DNA of 64,000 bases from Mobula hypostoma (GCF_963921235.1 NC_086108.1:78866001-78930000); one strand, 5' to 3'. Positions 25,612 through 39,296 are shown, numbered from the stretch's first letter. Translations and numbers: made by a program. Notes: generated from the letters alone by a model not told the origin.

Positions 25612-25791
25612 CCTCCCTCTCCAACTTTCAAATCCCTTACTTACTCTTCCTTCAGTTAGTCCTGACAAAGGGTCTCGGCCTGAGACGTCGACTGTACCTC
25701 TTCCTAGAGATGTTGCCTGGCTTGCTGCGTTCACCAGCAACTTTTATGTGTGTTGCTTGAATTTCCAGCATCTGCAGAATTCCTGTTGTTT
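25612..25791 (+). mobile_element. Solo PLE pLTR 3' end with mutated hammerhead
   Basis: Matches 35590-35766; core mutated to CTGACAA and GAGAC. Confidence 0.88.
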
Positions 25792-26079
25792 GATTTGAAT
25801 TTGACAGCTTTCAAACTGCACCAATTAAATCACGTCAGTGCAATTATTAGGAAGTGTCTTCTTTAAGTTAAGAGACTATAAGATCAGAACATCGTATTGG
25901 ATTCCAATCCAAAAATGGAAGTGACACTCAAAATTCAAAATAAATTTATTATCAAACTACATATACAAACGTGACATTCGTGTTCTTGCGGGCATTCACA
26001 GTAAATATAAGAAACGCAATAGAATCAAAGAATGACTGCCCCAATCAATGTGCAAAAGACAGCAAACTGTGCAAGCAAG

Positions 26080-27590
26080 CAAGCTAGCTGAAGTGTTTGC
26101 TGACATCTTCAACTGCTCCTTGCTTCAGTCTAAGATCCCCTCATGTTTTAAGAAGGGAACGATAATCCCAGTGCCGAAGAGCAAGGTGGCATGTCTGAAT
26201 GACTATCGACCTGTGGCTCTGACATCAATTGCTATGAAGTGCTTTGAGAGATTGGTTATGGCACACATCAACCACAGCCTACCAGTCAACTTCAATGCTT
26301 TGCAATTCGCCTACCGGAGCAACAGGTCAATGGCAGATGCCATCTCTCTGGCCCTACATTCCTCCTTAGAACACCTGGAGAATAAAGACGCATACATAAG
26401 GCTCCTTTTCATTGACTACAGCTTTGCTTTTAATACCGTCATTCCAAATAAACTGATTCCTAAGCTCTGGAACCTGGGCCTTAGCACTCAGATCTGCAGC
26501 TGGATCTTCAACTTCCTCACAGACAGGACTCAGGCTGTAAAAATAGCGAACAAGCTCTCCTCTACAATCACTCTGAGCATCGGTGCCCCACAAGGCTGTG
26601 TACTCAGCCCCCTGCTGTACTCACTGTACACCCATGACTGTGTAGCCAAGTTTTCATCAAACTCAATATATAAGTTTGCTGATGACACAACAATTGTAGG
26701 CCGTATCTCGGGTAATGATGAGTTTGAGCACAGAGAGGAAATTAAGAACCTGGTGGCATGGTGCGAAGACAATAACCTATCCCTCAACGTCAGCAAGACG
26801 AAGGAATTGGTTGTTGACTTCAGAAGGAGTAGCGGACCGCACAACCCAATTTACATCGGTGGTGCGCAAGTGGAACAGGTCAAAAGCTTTAAGTTCCTCT
26901 GGGTCAATATCACAAATGACCTGACTTGGTCCAACCAAGCGGAGTTCACTGCCAAGAAGGCCCACCAGCGCCTCTACTTCCTGAGAAAACTAAAGAAATT
27001 TGGCCTGTCCCCTAAAACTCTCACTAATTTTTATAGATGCACCGTAGAAAGCATTCTTCTAGGGTGCATCACAACCTGATATGGAAGTTGTCCTGTCCAA
27101 GACTGAAAGAAGCTGCAGAAGATCATGAACACAGCGCAGCACATCACACAAACCAATCTTCCGTCCGTGGACTCACTTTACACCACACGCTGTCGGAGCT
27201 GTGCTGCCAGGATAATTAAGGACACCACCCACCCAGCCAACACACTTTTCGTCCCTCTTCCCTCCGGGAGAAGGCTCAGGAGCTTGAAGACTCGTACGAT
27301 CAGATTTGGGAACAGCTTCTTTCCAACTGTGATAAGACTGCTGAACGGATCCTGACCCGGAACCGGGCCGTACCCTCCAAATATCTGGACCTGCCTCTCA
27401 GTTTTTTTGCACTACCTTACTTTCCATTTTTCTATTTTCTATTTATGATTTATAATTTAAATTTTTAATATTTACTATTTTTAACATTTAATATTTGTGA
27501 TCCAGGGAGCGGGAAGCGCAGAATCAAATATCAATGTGATGATTGTATGTTCTAGTATCAATTGTTTGGTGACAATAAAGTATAAAGTAA
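26080..27590 (+). mobile_element. 5'-truncated Rex1/Babar LINE with an open RT domain (ORF 26048-27079)
   Basis: [52 protein letters not shown]; 3' tail AATAAAGTATAAAGTA. Confidence 0.93.
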
Positions 27591-28749
27591 ATACACTACA
27601 AAAAATATATACAAAACATGATATGAGGAGTCCTTGAAACTGAGTTCATAGGTTGTGTGAACGTTTCAATAATGGGGCAAGTGAACTTGAGTAAAGTTAT
27701 CCCCTTTGGTTCAAGAGCCTGATCGTTGAGGGGTAAATAACTGTTCCTGAACCAGGTGGTGTGGCATTGTCCTGGCAGATATATATTGTGAAAGCATAAT
27801 CTTAAACCAGCGTGCAAGGAACAACCTTACTTGCCATATACATTTACATGTGTTGGGTACTTGCTGTGGTGTGGTGGTCAAGGCACGACACGCAACAACA
27901 ACATTACTCTACAATTATCAAGAACGAAGAATCATCTAAAAAATGTTAGAGATTAAAGTACGGATATGGAAAAGATGTGTATAAATACATAAATACAAAA
28001 ATGTATTTACAATGTAAACAGCTTTACAAAACGTGGTTTAAGGTGTTTATAGTGCAGTGCAATGACTGAGGGGGGTGGGGAGGGCCAACTAGAATGGATC
28101 AGATTAACTGCCTAGGGGAAGTAACTTTTAAGATGGCTTGAAGTTTTTGTTTTAATAGACTTACAGTGCTTTCCAGAAACGAAAGTTTGAAGAAGGCAGT
28201 TTGCAGGGTGAGTAGTGTCCATGATTTTTCCTGCCTACTTCTTTCTCTTGTACATGTACAAGTCCTGCCGTGATCATGCTCAAATGGATATGAATTGTCT
28301 CACTGTTTCATTCTGAGTCAGAAAATTCTCCTGTTTCTATTGTTCATGCCTCATGAATGTCGCCTCAGGTGACACCAGAAGAAAGAAATTATTTTTTTTG
28401 TTATTTATGGAACATTGACACATCTTCAGACAAATTTCTGTTTGCCAGTTTGATCAGCTATTTGACCCAAATGAAACAAGTACTGTACTGTATTCCATGC
28501 CCCTGTTTGGAGAGGGTCCTTGATAGAGGGAAAATTTTGGGCAGATACTCTGCACTGGCAAATTAAATCCTCTAGATCCATCTTGGTCAAAAGGAGCCCA
28601 AGACAAATAAAGGTATTCAATCAGACATTAATCCATATAGGTTTTGCAAATATCAGGTACACTGGGCAGCATTACATTGACATCTCTACAGCAGTTCCAA
28701 TAAGAGCTGTGTACACATCAGTGACCTCTAGTGCTTCCTATTTCCAATA

Positions 28750-28990
28750 TTCACAAGAGATTCTACAGATGCTGGAAATCCAAAGTAACCCAAACAAAAT
28801 GATGAAGGAACTCAACACATCAGGCAGCATAAATGGAAAGGAATAAAGTGCTGACATTTTGGGCTGAGACACTTCATCAGGGCTTCATGAGGCCCTCATG
28901 AAGCATACTGGCCTATAATGCCAATACTTCATTACTTTCTATAGCTGCTGTCTCACCTCCTGAGTTATTTCAACATTTTGTGTGTGTTAC
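28750..28990. mobile_element. Older palindromic PLE pLTR insertion
   Basis: Degenerate inverted arms; TSD TCCTATTTCCAATA at 28736-28749 and 28991-29004. Confidence 0.8.
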
Positions 28991-31900
28991 TCCTATTTCC
29001 AATACCTGTGGTTTTTAAGTTAACATCAGTCAGTACTGGACAACATGCAATTGTATAATGGGCACATCTGACTTCAAACAAACTGTATTGAGAATGGACA
29101 AAGTGTTTTAAAATAGATAGAAAGAAAGATGACTTTCCTGTGTCTGGGGTAGATTTGAATAGACTGTAAAATACAGAAATATGAAAATGTCATTGCATTA
29201 CTTTAAATTGATGAAGTTTAAAAAGTAATTTATGATTGCTATGACCTTTTCAATGCTATCATTATCTCTGATAATAAAATTTCCTTTGAAGTATTGTAGC
29301 ACTTCGTGAATGAATGGTGGAATCTGCTGAGCTGATCAGGTCCCAACACCAGTTGTTAAAGCCAAACACATTAGTGAAAGAAAACTGGCATACTTGGACG
29401 AAGATCTCACATGGGGCTTCATTTAGATATTTACTACTTTGGGATCAAGTTATTAATGATGTTAGGAAGTTTATGCAATGGATTAGAACCTCTTCCTTCC
29501 ATGTGCATCCACCCAAACACAAGTTGCTGAAAATACATAACCAACAACCTTTTCTGAACAAACTAAACCTTAAATAAAGCATTAGATTACAGGGCAATTC
29601 ATTGCGTCCACTGAAGCATTATGTTATGAAGCGGATAATGATCCAAGTTTCACATGAATTTCTGTCTCCATACTGTGCACTCACTTACTTTCTTGTTTAG
29701 ATCATGGATGCCTTGCTTCCACTAAGGAATGGAAGATGTGCAAAATAACGTGCTGGGTTTCAGAAAAAAGACCGCAATCTCCCAAACTGGCCAGCTCCAC
29801 AGTAGTGAGTGAATGAGTAGCTGAAGATTCACTTGAGGTTTCCTGGAGGTGGTCTGGGAACTCTGCACTCGACCCTTGGCTTCACTTCTACAATCATAAA
29901 ATGGAAGTAGTAACCTACATTGCTTTTCCCAAATGCACCGTGAGCAGCTGAACCGCGTGGATTCGGGCGATCTGACCATCATTCATGCTATTGCTGCCTG
30001 GTACAGTAATGGGGATATCTGAATGGCTTAATAAACTTCAGGCTTAAGAATGGATGAAAATGAGATCAAATAAAAAAAATAACCAAGGATTCCCACTGCA
30101 GATTATCACCAGATATTCCTTCTCAGAAGTGGATGCCTGCCACCATCTACCTTGCAGTTAAACTATCAAAGTGCATGGCCTGATTAGAAAAAAAATGTTC
30201 TTGGTGCAAAACCTAAGGAAAGGAAGGTCAGTTCAACACGAGTTCAAATCAATTAATGCAAGGAGAATTCTTACAGGCTAACTGTCCATGAATGTCGAAT
30301 ACTATAACTGCCTTGACAACACGTTCCATTTGAAAGGAAGAAAATTAATTGGAACAGACACAACTTCCTCATTCAGCTCCTTCTCAACCAATGTTGCTCC
30401 AAAGCAATTCTAGACATTCATGCGATCAGGAAACATTTCACAATGTGCAGTTACCATAATAAAACTGATATCTCCCATCTTCTTTGTATATTTTACACAC
30501 ACATTCCTTCTCCTTTTTCTAATGCTATCACAGAAGAATTGTATAGGGCAGCTAATGCGATCTAGTATTTCATGTAATGTCCAAGGAACACTGAAAACCA
30601 ATTTCAGCCAACTGCATGTTTGGAGAGTAGGAATAGGGGAGTTTCTACAATCTCCACTGCAACTACCGTGGACCAAACACAAGATACTGGCCATGTGCAA
30701 CTCCATCATCCATCCAGAAGTCTGAAAATGGAGATCAAATTTTGACTATTAAGCAACCAATTCAAGATGCATATGACAGAGCTCTTGGTACTGAGGTCTC
30801 TAGTTTTCACTAATTCATCCCAAGTTCAATAGACAGGCTATAAAAGTAAAAAATTATAAAAGTGACAGCTTCCGCAAGATCAAGCAACGTGGGATTTACA
30901 GTAAGCTAGCTATTCCAAATTCATCTAACCCCATAGGTAAATTTGCCCAGGCAGACGATTGAGAAGAAGTAGATTGCACCTGGCTAGATAAAGGTTCATC
31001 TCTCTCTGCAGAAAGTTAACTATCATAGTTCCCTTAGAAAGCTCACTAATGCCAAACCAAAGGCCAGCGTTCTTGTGACATCTGGAAATATTCCCAGCTA
31101 CAGGCATACAAATCTGATGTATTAAATCGTTAATGCTATCCAAAGACTTTAATCCTAAATTAATCTCACCAATTTACATCATCCTCAAACTCTGATCTTC
31201 ATTATAAATTTATAATCAGCTTCCAATCAATGCTGAATTACAGTGACATAACCGTGCATGTAACTTATCATAACTGTTAACCGTTTCTACTAATGCTCCA
31301 TATTGAAGAGCTGTTGACACTGATTTTAAATATGAGAAACAATTAATATTTCTTTATTTTGTTGTCTGAATACTTTGTTCGTTTACTCAATAGTTTATAT
31401 GGATGCTGGTAGAGATTAGCTGTATAATGGCTGACAGAATTCAAAACCGGCTGGCAGTATGGCAGGCCAGAACTGGTTTTCATATCCTCAGACATTCTTG
31501 TGCATTGAACTCTAAACAATACTTTGATGATCAATTGACAATATTCTTTATTTCGATATACCAATGTTTACTGTGGGTGCCCTCTTCTCATTATTACCAT
31601 CAGCAGTCTGAAGAGCCACAGTTAACGATTAAGGAACAGCTTCTTCCCCTCCACCATCAGATTCCTATATGACCTGTGGATGCTACCTCATTATTCCTAC
31701 CTATTGCACTACTTATTTTGTAATTTATAGTAATTTTATGACTTTGCACCATACTACTGCAACAAAGCAACAAATTTCACGTCATATGAGACTGATAATA
31801 AACACGGAATCTTGGCAAATTGCTTCACTACAGCATGCAGATTGTACAAAGAGCAATTACAAAATGGTGGTCACAGAGGACTGGAATGCTAAGATGGAAG

Positions 31901-32045
31901 ATATTGTGCCAGTCAGGTGGACGACTTTATCCTGGATAGTACTGAGCAACTTTTGGAAGATGAACTTGGAGAGTATTCTACCGAGGCAGCTTTCAACCTT
32001 TTAGGTAATGAGGTAAGGTGAGGTTGACCATACTGATGTATCAAA

Positions 32046-32515
32046 TCCAGAATCGGAATCAGGTTTATTATCACTGGCATGTGATGTGAAATTTGTTAAC
32101 TTAGCAGCAGCAGTTCAATGCAATACATAATCTAGCAGAGAGAAAGAAAAAAATAAATAAATTGAAACATAATAATAAATAAACAAATCACTTACGTATA
32201 TTGAATAGATTTTTAGAAATGTACAAAAACAGAAATACTGTATAGTAAAAAAGTGAGGTAGTGTCCAAAGCTTCAATGTCCATTTAGGAATCGGATGGTA
32301 GAGGGGAAGAAGCCGTTCCAGAATCACTTAGTGTGTGCCTTCAGGCTTCTGTATCCCTTACCTGATGGTAACAGTGAGAAAAGGGCATGCCCTGGGTGCT
32401 GGAAGTCTTTAAGAATGGAAGCTGCCTTTCTGAGATACCGCTCCCTGAAGATCTCTTGGGTACTTTGTAGGCTAGTACCCAAGATGGAGCAGACTAGATT
32501 TACAACCTTCTGCAG
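32046..32515 (-). mobile_element. Rex1/Babar 3' fragment
   Basis: Near copy of 1743-2190. Confidence 0.85.
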
Positions 32516-33604
32516 CAATCATGCACAATGCAAAACATATCAATCCATAACTAAGATGAGCTAAAGGGTTAGAAATTTTAGCTGCACATCACCCTCCTCT
32601 CAGGAGAAAATTGGGGTGGATCATTGACTCAACACTTGTGGCTAAACATGATTACAGATGCTTCAGTGTTACTAGCAGTTGTCTGGCCTTACAATCTGCT
32701 GCACCTACAATCTTTTACACTGGGGAAGGGCTGAATAGGGACAAAAGAATATCTCCAATACAGCGAGGCCGAGGTGCTGAGGGAATGAGCAATAGATGCA
32801 GTCCTCCTGTTGGCAGTTCAACAAGTACAGAATTAAGACAAAGATAGATAGAAAGACATAATGAATAAATAAATACACAAACTCGGAAATGAGAGCAGTT
32901 GGCAGAGAGAACATGAACACCAGAATGTAAAAGCTGTGAACTGCAGTAGGAAATGCTTAGAGATCTGGCAGTGCTTCCGGAGAGAGACAGAAAACTTCAG
33001 CCAATAATACAGATGGAGGACCTCCAGAAGAGCTGGCCAGTTCTCACACAGAGGAATGAGTTACCTGAAATTGTAGAATTCAAGATTGAGTCCAGAAGTC
33101 TGCAACCTGCCCTGATGGAAAATGAGGTGCGCTTTCTTACAGTGCGCCTTGTTATAACAGTGCAGATGTCCACAGATTAATTTATTAGGGTCACAGAGAG
33201 ATGCAGAATTAAAACGAATGCAGATGTCCACAGAGCAATCATCCAAGATGTGTTTGCTTTCCCCAGGGTAGAGGAAACATTGTTATTTTTATTATAGACA
33301 TTTAGATGCCTTTCCAGCCCAACAACCCACCAGTTTAACCACAGCCTAACCATAGGACAATTTACAATGACCAATTAACCTACTAATCTGCACATCTATG
33401 CAATGCGGGACGAATGAGATCATCCAGAGGGAACCTGCATGTTCACTGGAAGGACGAAGAGAGGGCATTGGAATTGAACTCCAAAGTCCAATGCCCTGAG
33501 CTGTATTAGAGTCTTGTTAACTGCTACACTACCTTGGCACCCCATATGAACAATGACACTATTAGAATGAAAGAGCTGTAAGTGAATACCTGTTTCACCT
33601 AGGA

Positions 33605-33684
33605 CAGGCGCTCCCGAACTTTTTTATGCCATGGATCCCTACCATTAATAGAGAGGTCCATGGACCTCAGGTTGGGAACCCCTG
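33605..33684. mobile_element. 80 bp hAT-Charlie-type MITE
   Basis: TIR CAGGGGTTCCCAACC (left copy degenerate); 8 bp TSD ACCTAGGA/ATCTAGGG fitting the NTCTAGAN preference. Confidence 0.75.
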
Positions 33685-33993
33685 ATCTAGGGGAACTGCT
33701 TGGGTCCCTGAATGTCGAGAATGCAAAAGCTAAAAACACAGATGTTGAATTTCTGCAGTTGCTGGGAAAAAGCCAGAATTGGAGTGCAAGAGACAGAATG
33801 GTCCCTCCAGAATGGTGAAAGGGGGAGGGAAGGGAAAGACACAACAAGTGGTACATGCACGTTCAAGTGGTGAAAATTTCTTTCTATCACTTCAGAATTA
33901 TTGCCAACTTCCCTAGATGCCACCTGACCTGTACAGTGTCTCCAGCAATTTCTGTTTTCATTTCAGATTTACTGCAGTAAATCAAGCAAAGTT

Positions 33994-35767
33994 TTCAAGC
34001 AACATACATCAAAGTTGCTGGTGAACGCAGCAGGCCAGGCAGCATCTATAGGAAGAGGCGCAGTCGACGTTTCAGGCCGAGACCCTTCGTCAGGACTAAC
34101 TGAAGGAAGAGTGAGTAAGGGATTTGAAAGCTGGAGGGGGAGGGGGAGATGCAAAATGATAGGAGAAGACAGGAGGGGGAGGGATGGAGCCGAGAGCTGG
34201 ACAGGTGATAGGCAGAAGGGGATACGAGAGGATCATGGGACAGGAGGTCCGGGAAGAAAGACGGGGGGGGGGGTGACCCAGAGGATGGGCAAGAGGTATA
34301 TTCAGAGGGACAGAGGGAGAAAAAGGAGAGTGAGAGAAAGAATGTGTGCATTAAAAAGAGTAACAGATGGGGTACGAGGGGGAGGTGGGGCCTAGCGGAA
34401 GTTAGAGAAGTCAATGTTCATGCCATCAGGTTGGAGGCTACCCAGACGGAATATAAGGTATTGTTCCTCCAACCTGAGTGTGGCTTCATCTTTACAGTAG
34501 AGGAGGCCGTGGATAGACATGTCAGAATGGGAATGGGATGTGGAATTAAAATGTGTGGCCACTGGGAGATCCTGCTTTCTCTGGCGGACAGAGCGTAGAT
34601 GTTCAGCAAAGCGGTCTCCCAGTCTGCGTCGGGTCTCACCAATATATAAAAGGCCACATCGGGAGCACCGGACGCAGTATATCACCCCAGTCGACTCACA
34701 GGTGAAGTGATGCCTCACCTGGAAGGACTGTCTGGGGCCCTGAATGGTGGTAAGGGAGGAAGTGTAAGGGCATGTGTAGCACTTCCGCCACCTCCAACGG
34801 GATCCCACCACTAAGCATATCTTTCCCTCCCCGCCTCTCTCTGCATTCCGCAGGGATCGCTCCCTACACAACTCCCTTGTCCATTCGTCCCCCTCATCCC
34901 TCCCCACTGATCTCCCTCCTGGCACTTATCCGTGTAAGCGGAACAAGTGCTACGCATGCCCTTACACTTCCTCCCTTACCACCATTCAGGGCCCCAAACA
35001 GTCCTTCCAGGTGAGGCATCACTTCACCTGTGAGTCGACTGGGGTGATATACTGCGTCCGGTGCTCCCGATGTGGCCTTTTATATATTGGTGAGACCCGA
35101 CGCAGACTGGGAGACCGCTTTGCTGAACATCTACGCTCTGTCCGCCAGAGAAAGCAGGATCTCCCAGTGGCCACACATTTTAATTCCACATCCCATTCCC
35201 ACTCTGACATGTCTATCCACGGCCTCCTCTACTGTAAAGATGAAGCCACACTCAGGTTGGAGGAACAACACCTTATATTCCGTCTGGGTAGCCTCCAACC
35301 TGATGGCATGAACATTGACTTCTCTAACTTCCGCTAGGCCCCACCTCCCCCTCGTACCCCATCTGTTACTCTTTTTAATGCACACATTCTTTCTCTCACT
35401 CTCCTTTTTCTCCCTCTGTCCCTCTGAATATACCTCTTGCCCATCCTCTGGGTCACCCCCCCCCCCCGTCTTTCTTCCCGGACCTCCTGTCCCATGATCC
35501 TCTCGTATCCCCTTCTGCCTATCACCTGTCCAGCTCTCGGCTCCATCCCTCCCCCTCCTGTCTTCTCCTATCATTTTGCATCTCCCCCTCCCCCTCCAGC
35601 TTTCAAATCCCTTACTCACTCTTCCTTCAGTTAGGCCTGACGAAGGGTCTCGGCCTGAAACGTCGACTGCGCCTCTTCCTATAGATGCTGCCTGGCCTGC
35701 TGCGTTCACCAGCAACTTTGATGTATGTTGCTTGAATTTCCAGCATCTGCAGAATTCCTGTTGTTTG
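33994..35767. mobile_element. Young 1.77 kb palindromic PLE insertion: two ~790 bp inverted arms, each with GIY-YIG and pLTR, and a 160 bp spacer
   Basis: Arms 33994-34784 and 34945-35736 are almost identical. ORFs 34392-34925(-) and 35011-35337(+) encode the same GIY-YIG domain. TSD CAAGCAAAGTTTTC at 33983-33996 and 35768-35781. Confidence 0.95.
34062..34097 (-). ncRNA. Intact minimal hammerhead ribozyme, sense to the B4GALT2 pre-mRNA
   Basis: Minus strand AGTC-CTGACGA-AGG GTCTCGG CCT-GAAA-CGTC^GACT. Confidence 0.85.
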
Positions 35768-36659
35768 CAAGCAAAGTTTTCTCCTGATATTGATTTATTC
35801 ACTGCCTAACGCAGACACAGCCTGGAAGCTATCTCCTTCTGGACCCGGCTACCTCAGCTAACAGCAGGGCTACCAAGCCACTCTTCGTGATAGACACAGA
35901 TGAAGATTTATAATGGAACCCCAAGTCTGACATGTAATGACCACTTCCTACAATCTATATCATGCTGTGGTCTGCCTTCTGGTGAATCTATCCTGCCAGT
36001 GGGACAGGTTATACCCAGGAATTCTGTAACAATTCCCGACTATAGAAATGTAGCCAAATAACCACCTCCCACTAAATGAGAAAACTATGTGCAACCCTGT
36101 GGTTTTCCCTTGTACAATAAACATAATCAATTCCAATTACCCTATCATTATGTCTGCTGCTGTTTGAACCACAGCCCCACGTTTCTTCATCTTCTGAGAA
36201 TCTCTGATAACCAGCTGCGTACATTATTAGTCTCCTTATTTAGAGAAGGATCTACTTGCATTGACACTTCTTAGAGGAAGTTTATTGACGATACCTGAAA
36301 TGGACAAGTTGCCTCAGAAGGAAAGTAAGGGTAGTACTCATTTCCATGGAAACTGGGAAGTGTCAAAGGAGACTTGATCAAAACCCACAGGATCCTGAAG
36401 GATTGAGTCCGGTGAGGTGGAGAGGATGTTTGTGGTTGTAGGAGAATGTAAAACATTGTTTAAAAATAAAGGGGCTCGTCCACTGAAGACAGAGATGACA
36501 TAAAAAAAGTCCCTGAGGTTTGTAGATCTTTGGAACTCTCTTACACAAAAGAAAGTGGAAACAGAATCGGTTTTATATGACAGAGGTAAATAGATTCTTG
36601 ATAAACAAGGGACTGAAGGGTTACTGTGGCTACATGGGAATATGGATTCAAAGCTAAAA

Positions 36660-36800
36660 TATATTATATATATTATACACATACATATACACACACACAC
36701 ATATATAAAAAGTGTGTATATCTCTCTCAGCTATACACACACACACATATATACACTATATACACATAATATACTATATATAAATTATATATTGTATATA
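36660..36800. repeat. TA/CA-rich low-complexity microsatellite
   Basis: Direct inspection. Confidence 0.85.
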
Positions 36801-37949
36801 TTAAAAATCCTTTTGAAAATGACCAAGATCACCGCCTCTGGATCTAAGGCAGTAGAGGTAATTTAACCATGGAAGAACCTAATAAACAGAACAAATGAAA
36901 CATATTATAAAAGATCTCACAGGTTGGTCTTCAGTGTGATTTAAACACACAACATTCAATCAGGCACCGCATCTTTCAAATACAATGCCAGAATATTAAT
37001 TACAATGACGACACAAGAAACACGTAAAAAATGTTTCTACTGTTTCTTGAAAATGTTACAACAGAATATCAATCATTTCATCTTGAAAACAAACATTTGC
37101 ACAGTTTTCTATGTTTTATTAATTGTGCCCAGAGCCAGCTATTTATCAGCATTGATGTTATAATTTTGTATGGATCCAGAGCATCATGGAGAATGATGCT
37201 GCAACTTCATGGTGACATCTGCATTATTCTACGTCTCATTTGCAGAGAGAAATATTAGACTGATGATGTCAAGAAAAGAGCAAAGCCAACAGCATTGGGG
37301 TGGCATAGCAGTTATTACGCCAGTGATCCCCAGTCGGGGTTCAATTCCCACTACTGCCTGAAAGGAGTATGTATATTCTCCCCGTGACCCTGTGGATTTC
37401 CTGCAGGTAACCCACTTTCCTCCGACATCCCAAAAATATACAGTTAAGGCAAGTGAATTGCGGGCATGCTATGTTGTTGCTGGAACATAGTGACACTTGC
37501 CGGTTGCCCCAGGCACAATCCTCGGAATGTGTTGGACGTTGAGACACGATCACATTTCTCGGTATGCTTCAATATACATGTGACAAATTAAGCTAATTTT
37601 AACCTGAATTACTTATGTATAAACAATATAGCAAACTTACACAAGGAGCAGACTCGAAAATCTTATAGCTGAGGACACAATTTTGCCGACCATTATAGGT
37701 TCCTGAAAACAGCACATCACTGTTTGGCTCATGATGAAAATAGACTCAGTGAGATAAAGTTGTTGTGTCTGCATTTTCACTACAAACCATATTCACTACA
37801 AATCTTGTGTCTGCACAAACAAGAGGAAAATCTGCATTTCCAAGCAACACACACAAATGCTGGAGGAACTCAGCAGACCAGGCAACATCTATGGAAAAGA
37901 GTGAATAGTCGACATTTCGGGCCGAGACCCTCAAGGCAGCAACCTTGCA

Positions 37950-38100
37950 GGTTCCTTAGCATTTGTCTGTTTATTTTGCAAGCCCAAATTGCTAATCTGA
38001 CACTCAACCCAGCACGGGTGAAAAGCGTGCAAGGGGCTGGCCGGATTCGAACCCAGGACCATTCACCTCACATGCAGATACACTATATCACCAGCTGGCA
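37950..38100 (-). mobile_element. tRNA-derived SINE fragment
   Basis: Minus-strand box B GGGTTCGAATCC; no cloverleaf. Confidence 0.55.
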
Positions 38101-39079
38101 TTTGCATTCTATAGGCAAGTGAATTCTGAATCCACAGAGAATTAGTGAGGTTGTCAAAAAATGACATTGAATGCAAGTACTTTCCATTAAATAGTACATA
38201 ATTATTTAATGACAGAAAAAGACCTTGCACATTTTCCACTCCAAATTTCTTTAACCATTAGGGTTGAGCATAATTGTCAGGAGACTGCAGTGTCTGCAGG
38301 AAAATGAACACTGGCTTAATTGAGTGTGGAAAAATGAACAAATACAAATATATTGTTATCCATTTTACTTTGAAGGATAAAATATCAGATTCTAATGTGG
38401 CTTGTGTCACAGAAAAAGAGTGTATAAGAAACACAAAGTGAGGTGCTACAGATATTTAGAAAGGCAAATGAAATTTTGGCACTTAATACAAGAAAATGGA
38501 GGACAAAGGTGAGGAAGCCATGCTACAACAGTGTAAACATAAACGCAAAGTACTTCAAAGAGTGTTGATCTTACTTAGGAGGGTTAGTCTCATTTTAGAG
38601 CTGGTTTACTAGATAATAATTCCTGGGACTAAGCAGTTGTCCCATTGAGGCATGACTTGCAATTCTGGAGATCAGAAGACTGTGCGGCCAGCTCATATTC
38701 AGAGACCATAACGATGCTAAGCGGATGTTTGCTTTGGAGGAGCGCGGTACACAAACATGGAGCATAGTTTTGTGATGCAGGGTTGGTCACTTAGGTCTGT
38801 CACCTGGGAATTTTGGAATTCATTACTCAATGGATGTGAATTAAGCTTACTGAAGGTTGAGGTAGAATTTTGAGCTACTGGAGAAACATGGCAACACTCA
38901 CAACACACTGGAGGAACTCAGCAGGTCAGGCAGCATCCGTGGAAACGATCAGTCAACATTTCGGGCCAGAACCCTTCGTTAGGGCTGAAGAGGGATGGGG
39001 CAGAGGCCCTATAAAGGAGGTGGGGGGAGGGTGGGAAGGAGAAGGCTGGTAGGTATCAGGTGAAAAACCAGTATGGAGA

Positions 39080-39296
39080 AACATACATCAAAGTTGCTGG
39101 TGAACGCAGCAGGCCAAGCAGCATCTATAGGAAGAGGCGCAGTCGACGTTTCAGGCCGAGACCCTTCGTCAGGAAGGGTCTCGGCCTGAAACGTCGACTG
39201 CGCCTCTTCCTATAGATGCTGCTTGGCCTGCTGCGTTCACCAGCAACTTTGATGTATGTTGCTTGAATTTCCAGCATCTGCAGAATTCCTGTTGTT
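39080..39296. mobile_element. Perfect-hairpin PLE pLTR insertion (88 bp stem, 5 nt loop)
   Basis: 39080-39167 is the exact reverse complement of 39173-39260; TSD TATGGAGAAACAT at 39072-39084 and 39297-39309. Confidence 0.95.

Noticed and set aside
29980..30150. Possible ancient Deu/Amn-type SINE or conserved non-coding element
   Set aside because: The resemblance is too weak to support without an alignment.
33994..35767. Giant palindrome as an assembly or chimeric-read artefact
   Set aside because: It is bracketed by a 14 bp TSD, the arms differ at a few positions, and the same architecture recurs in older diverged insertions.
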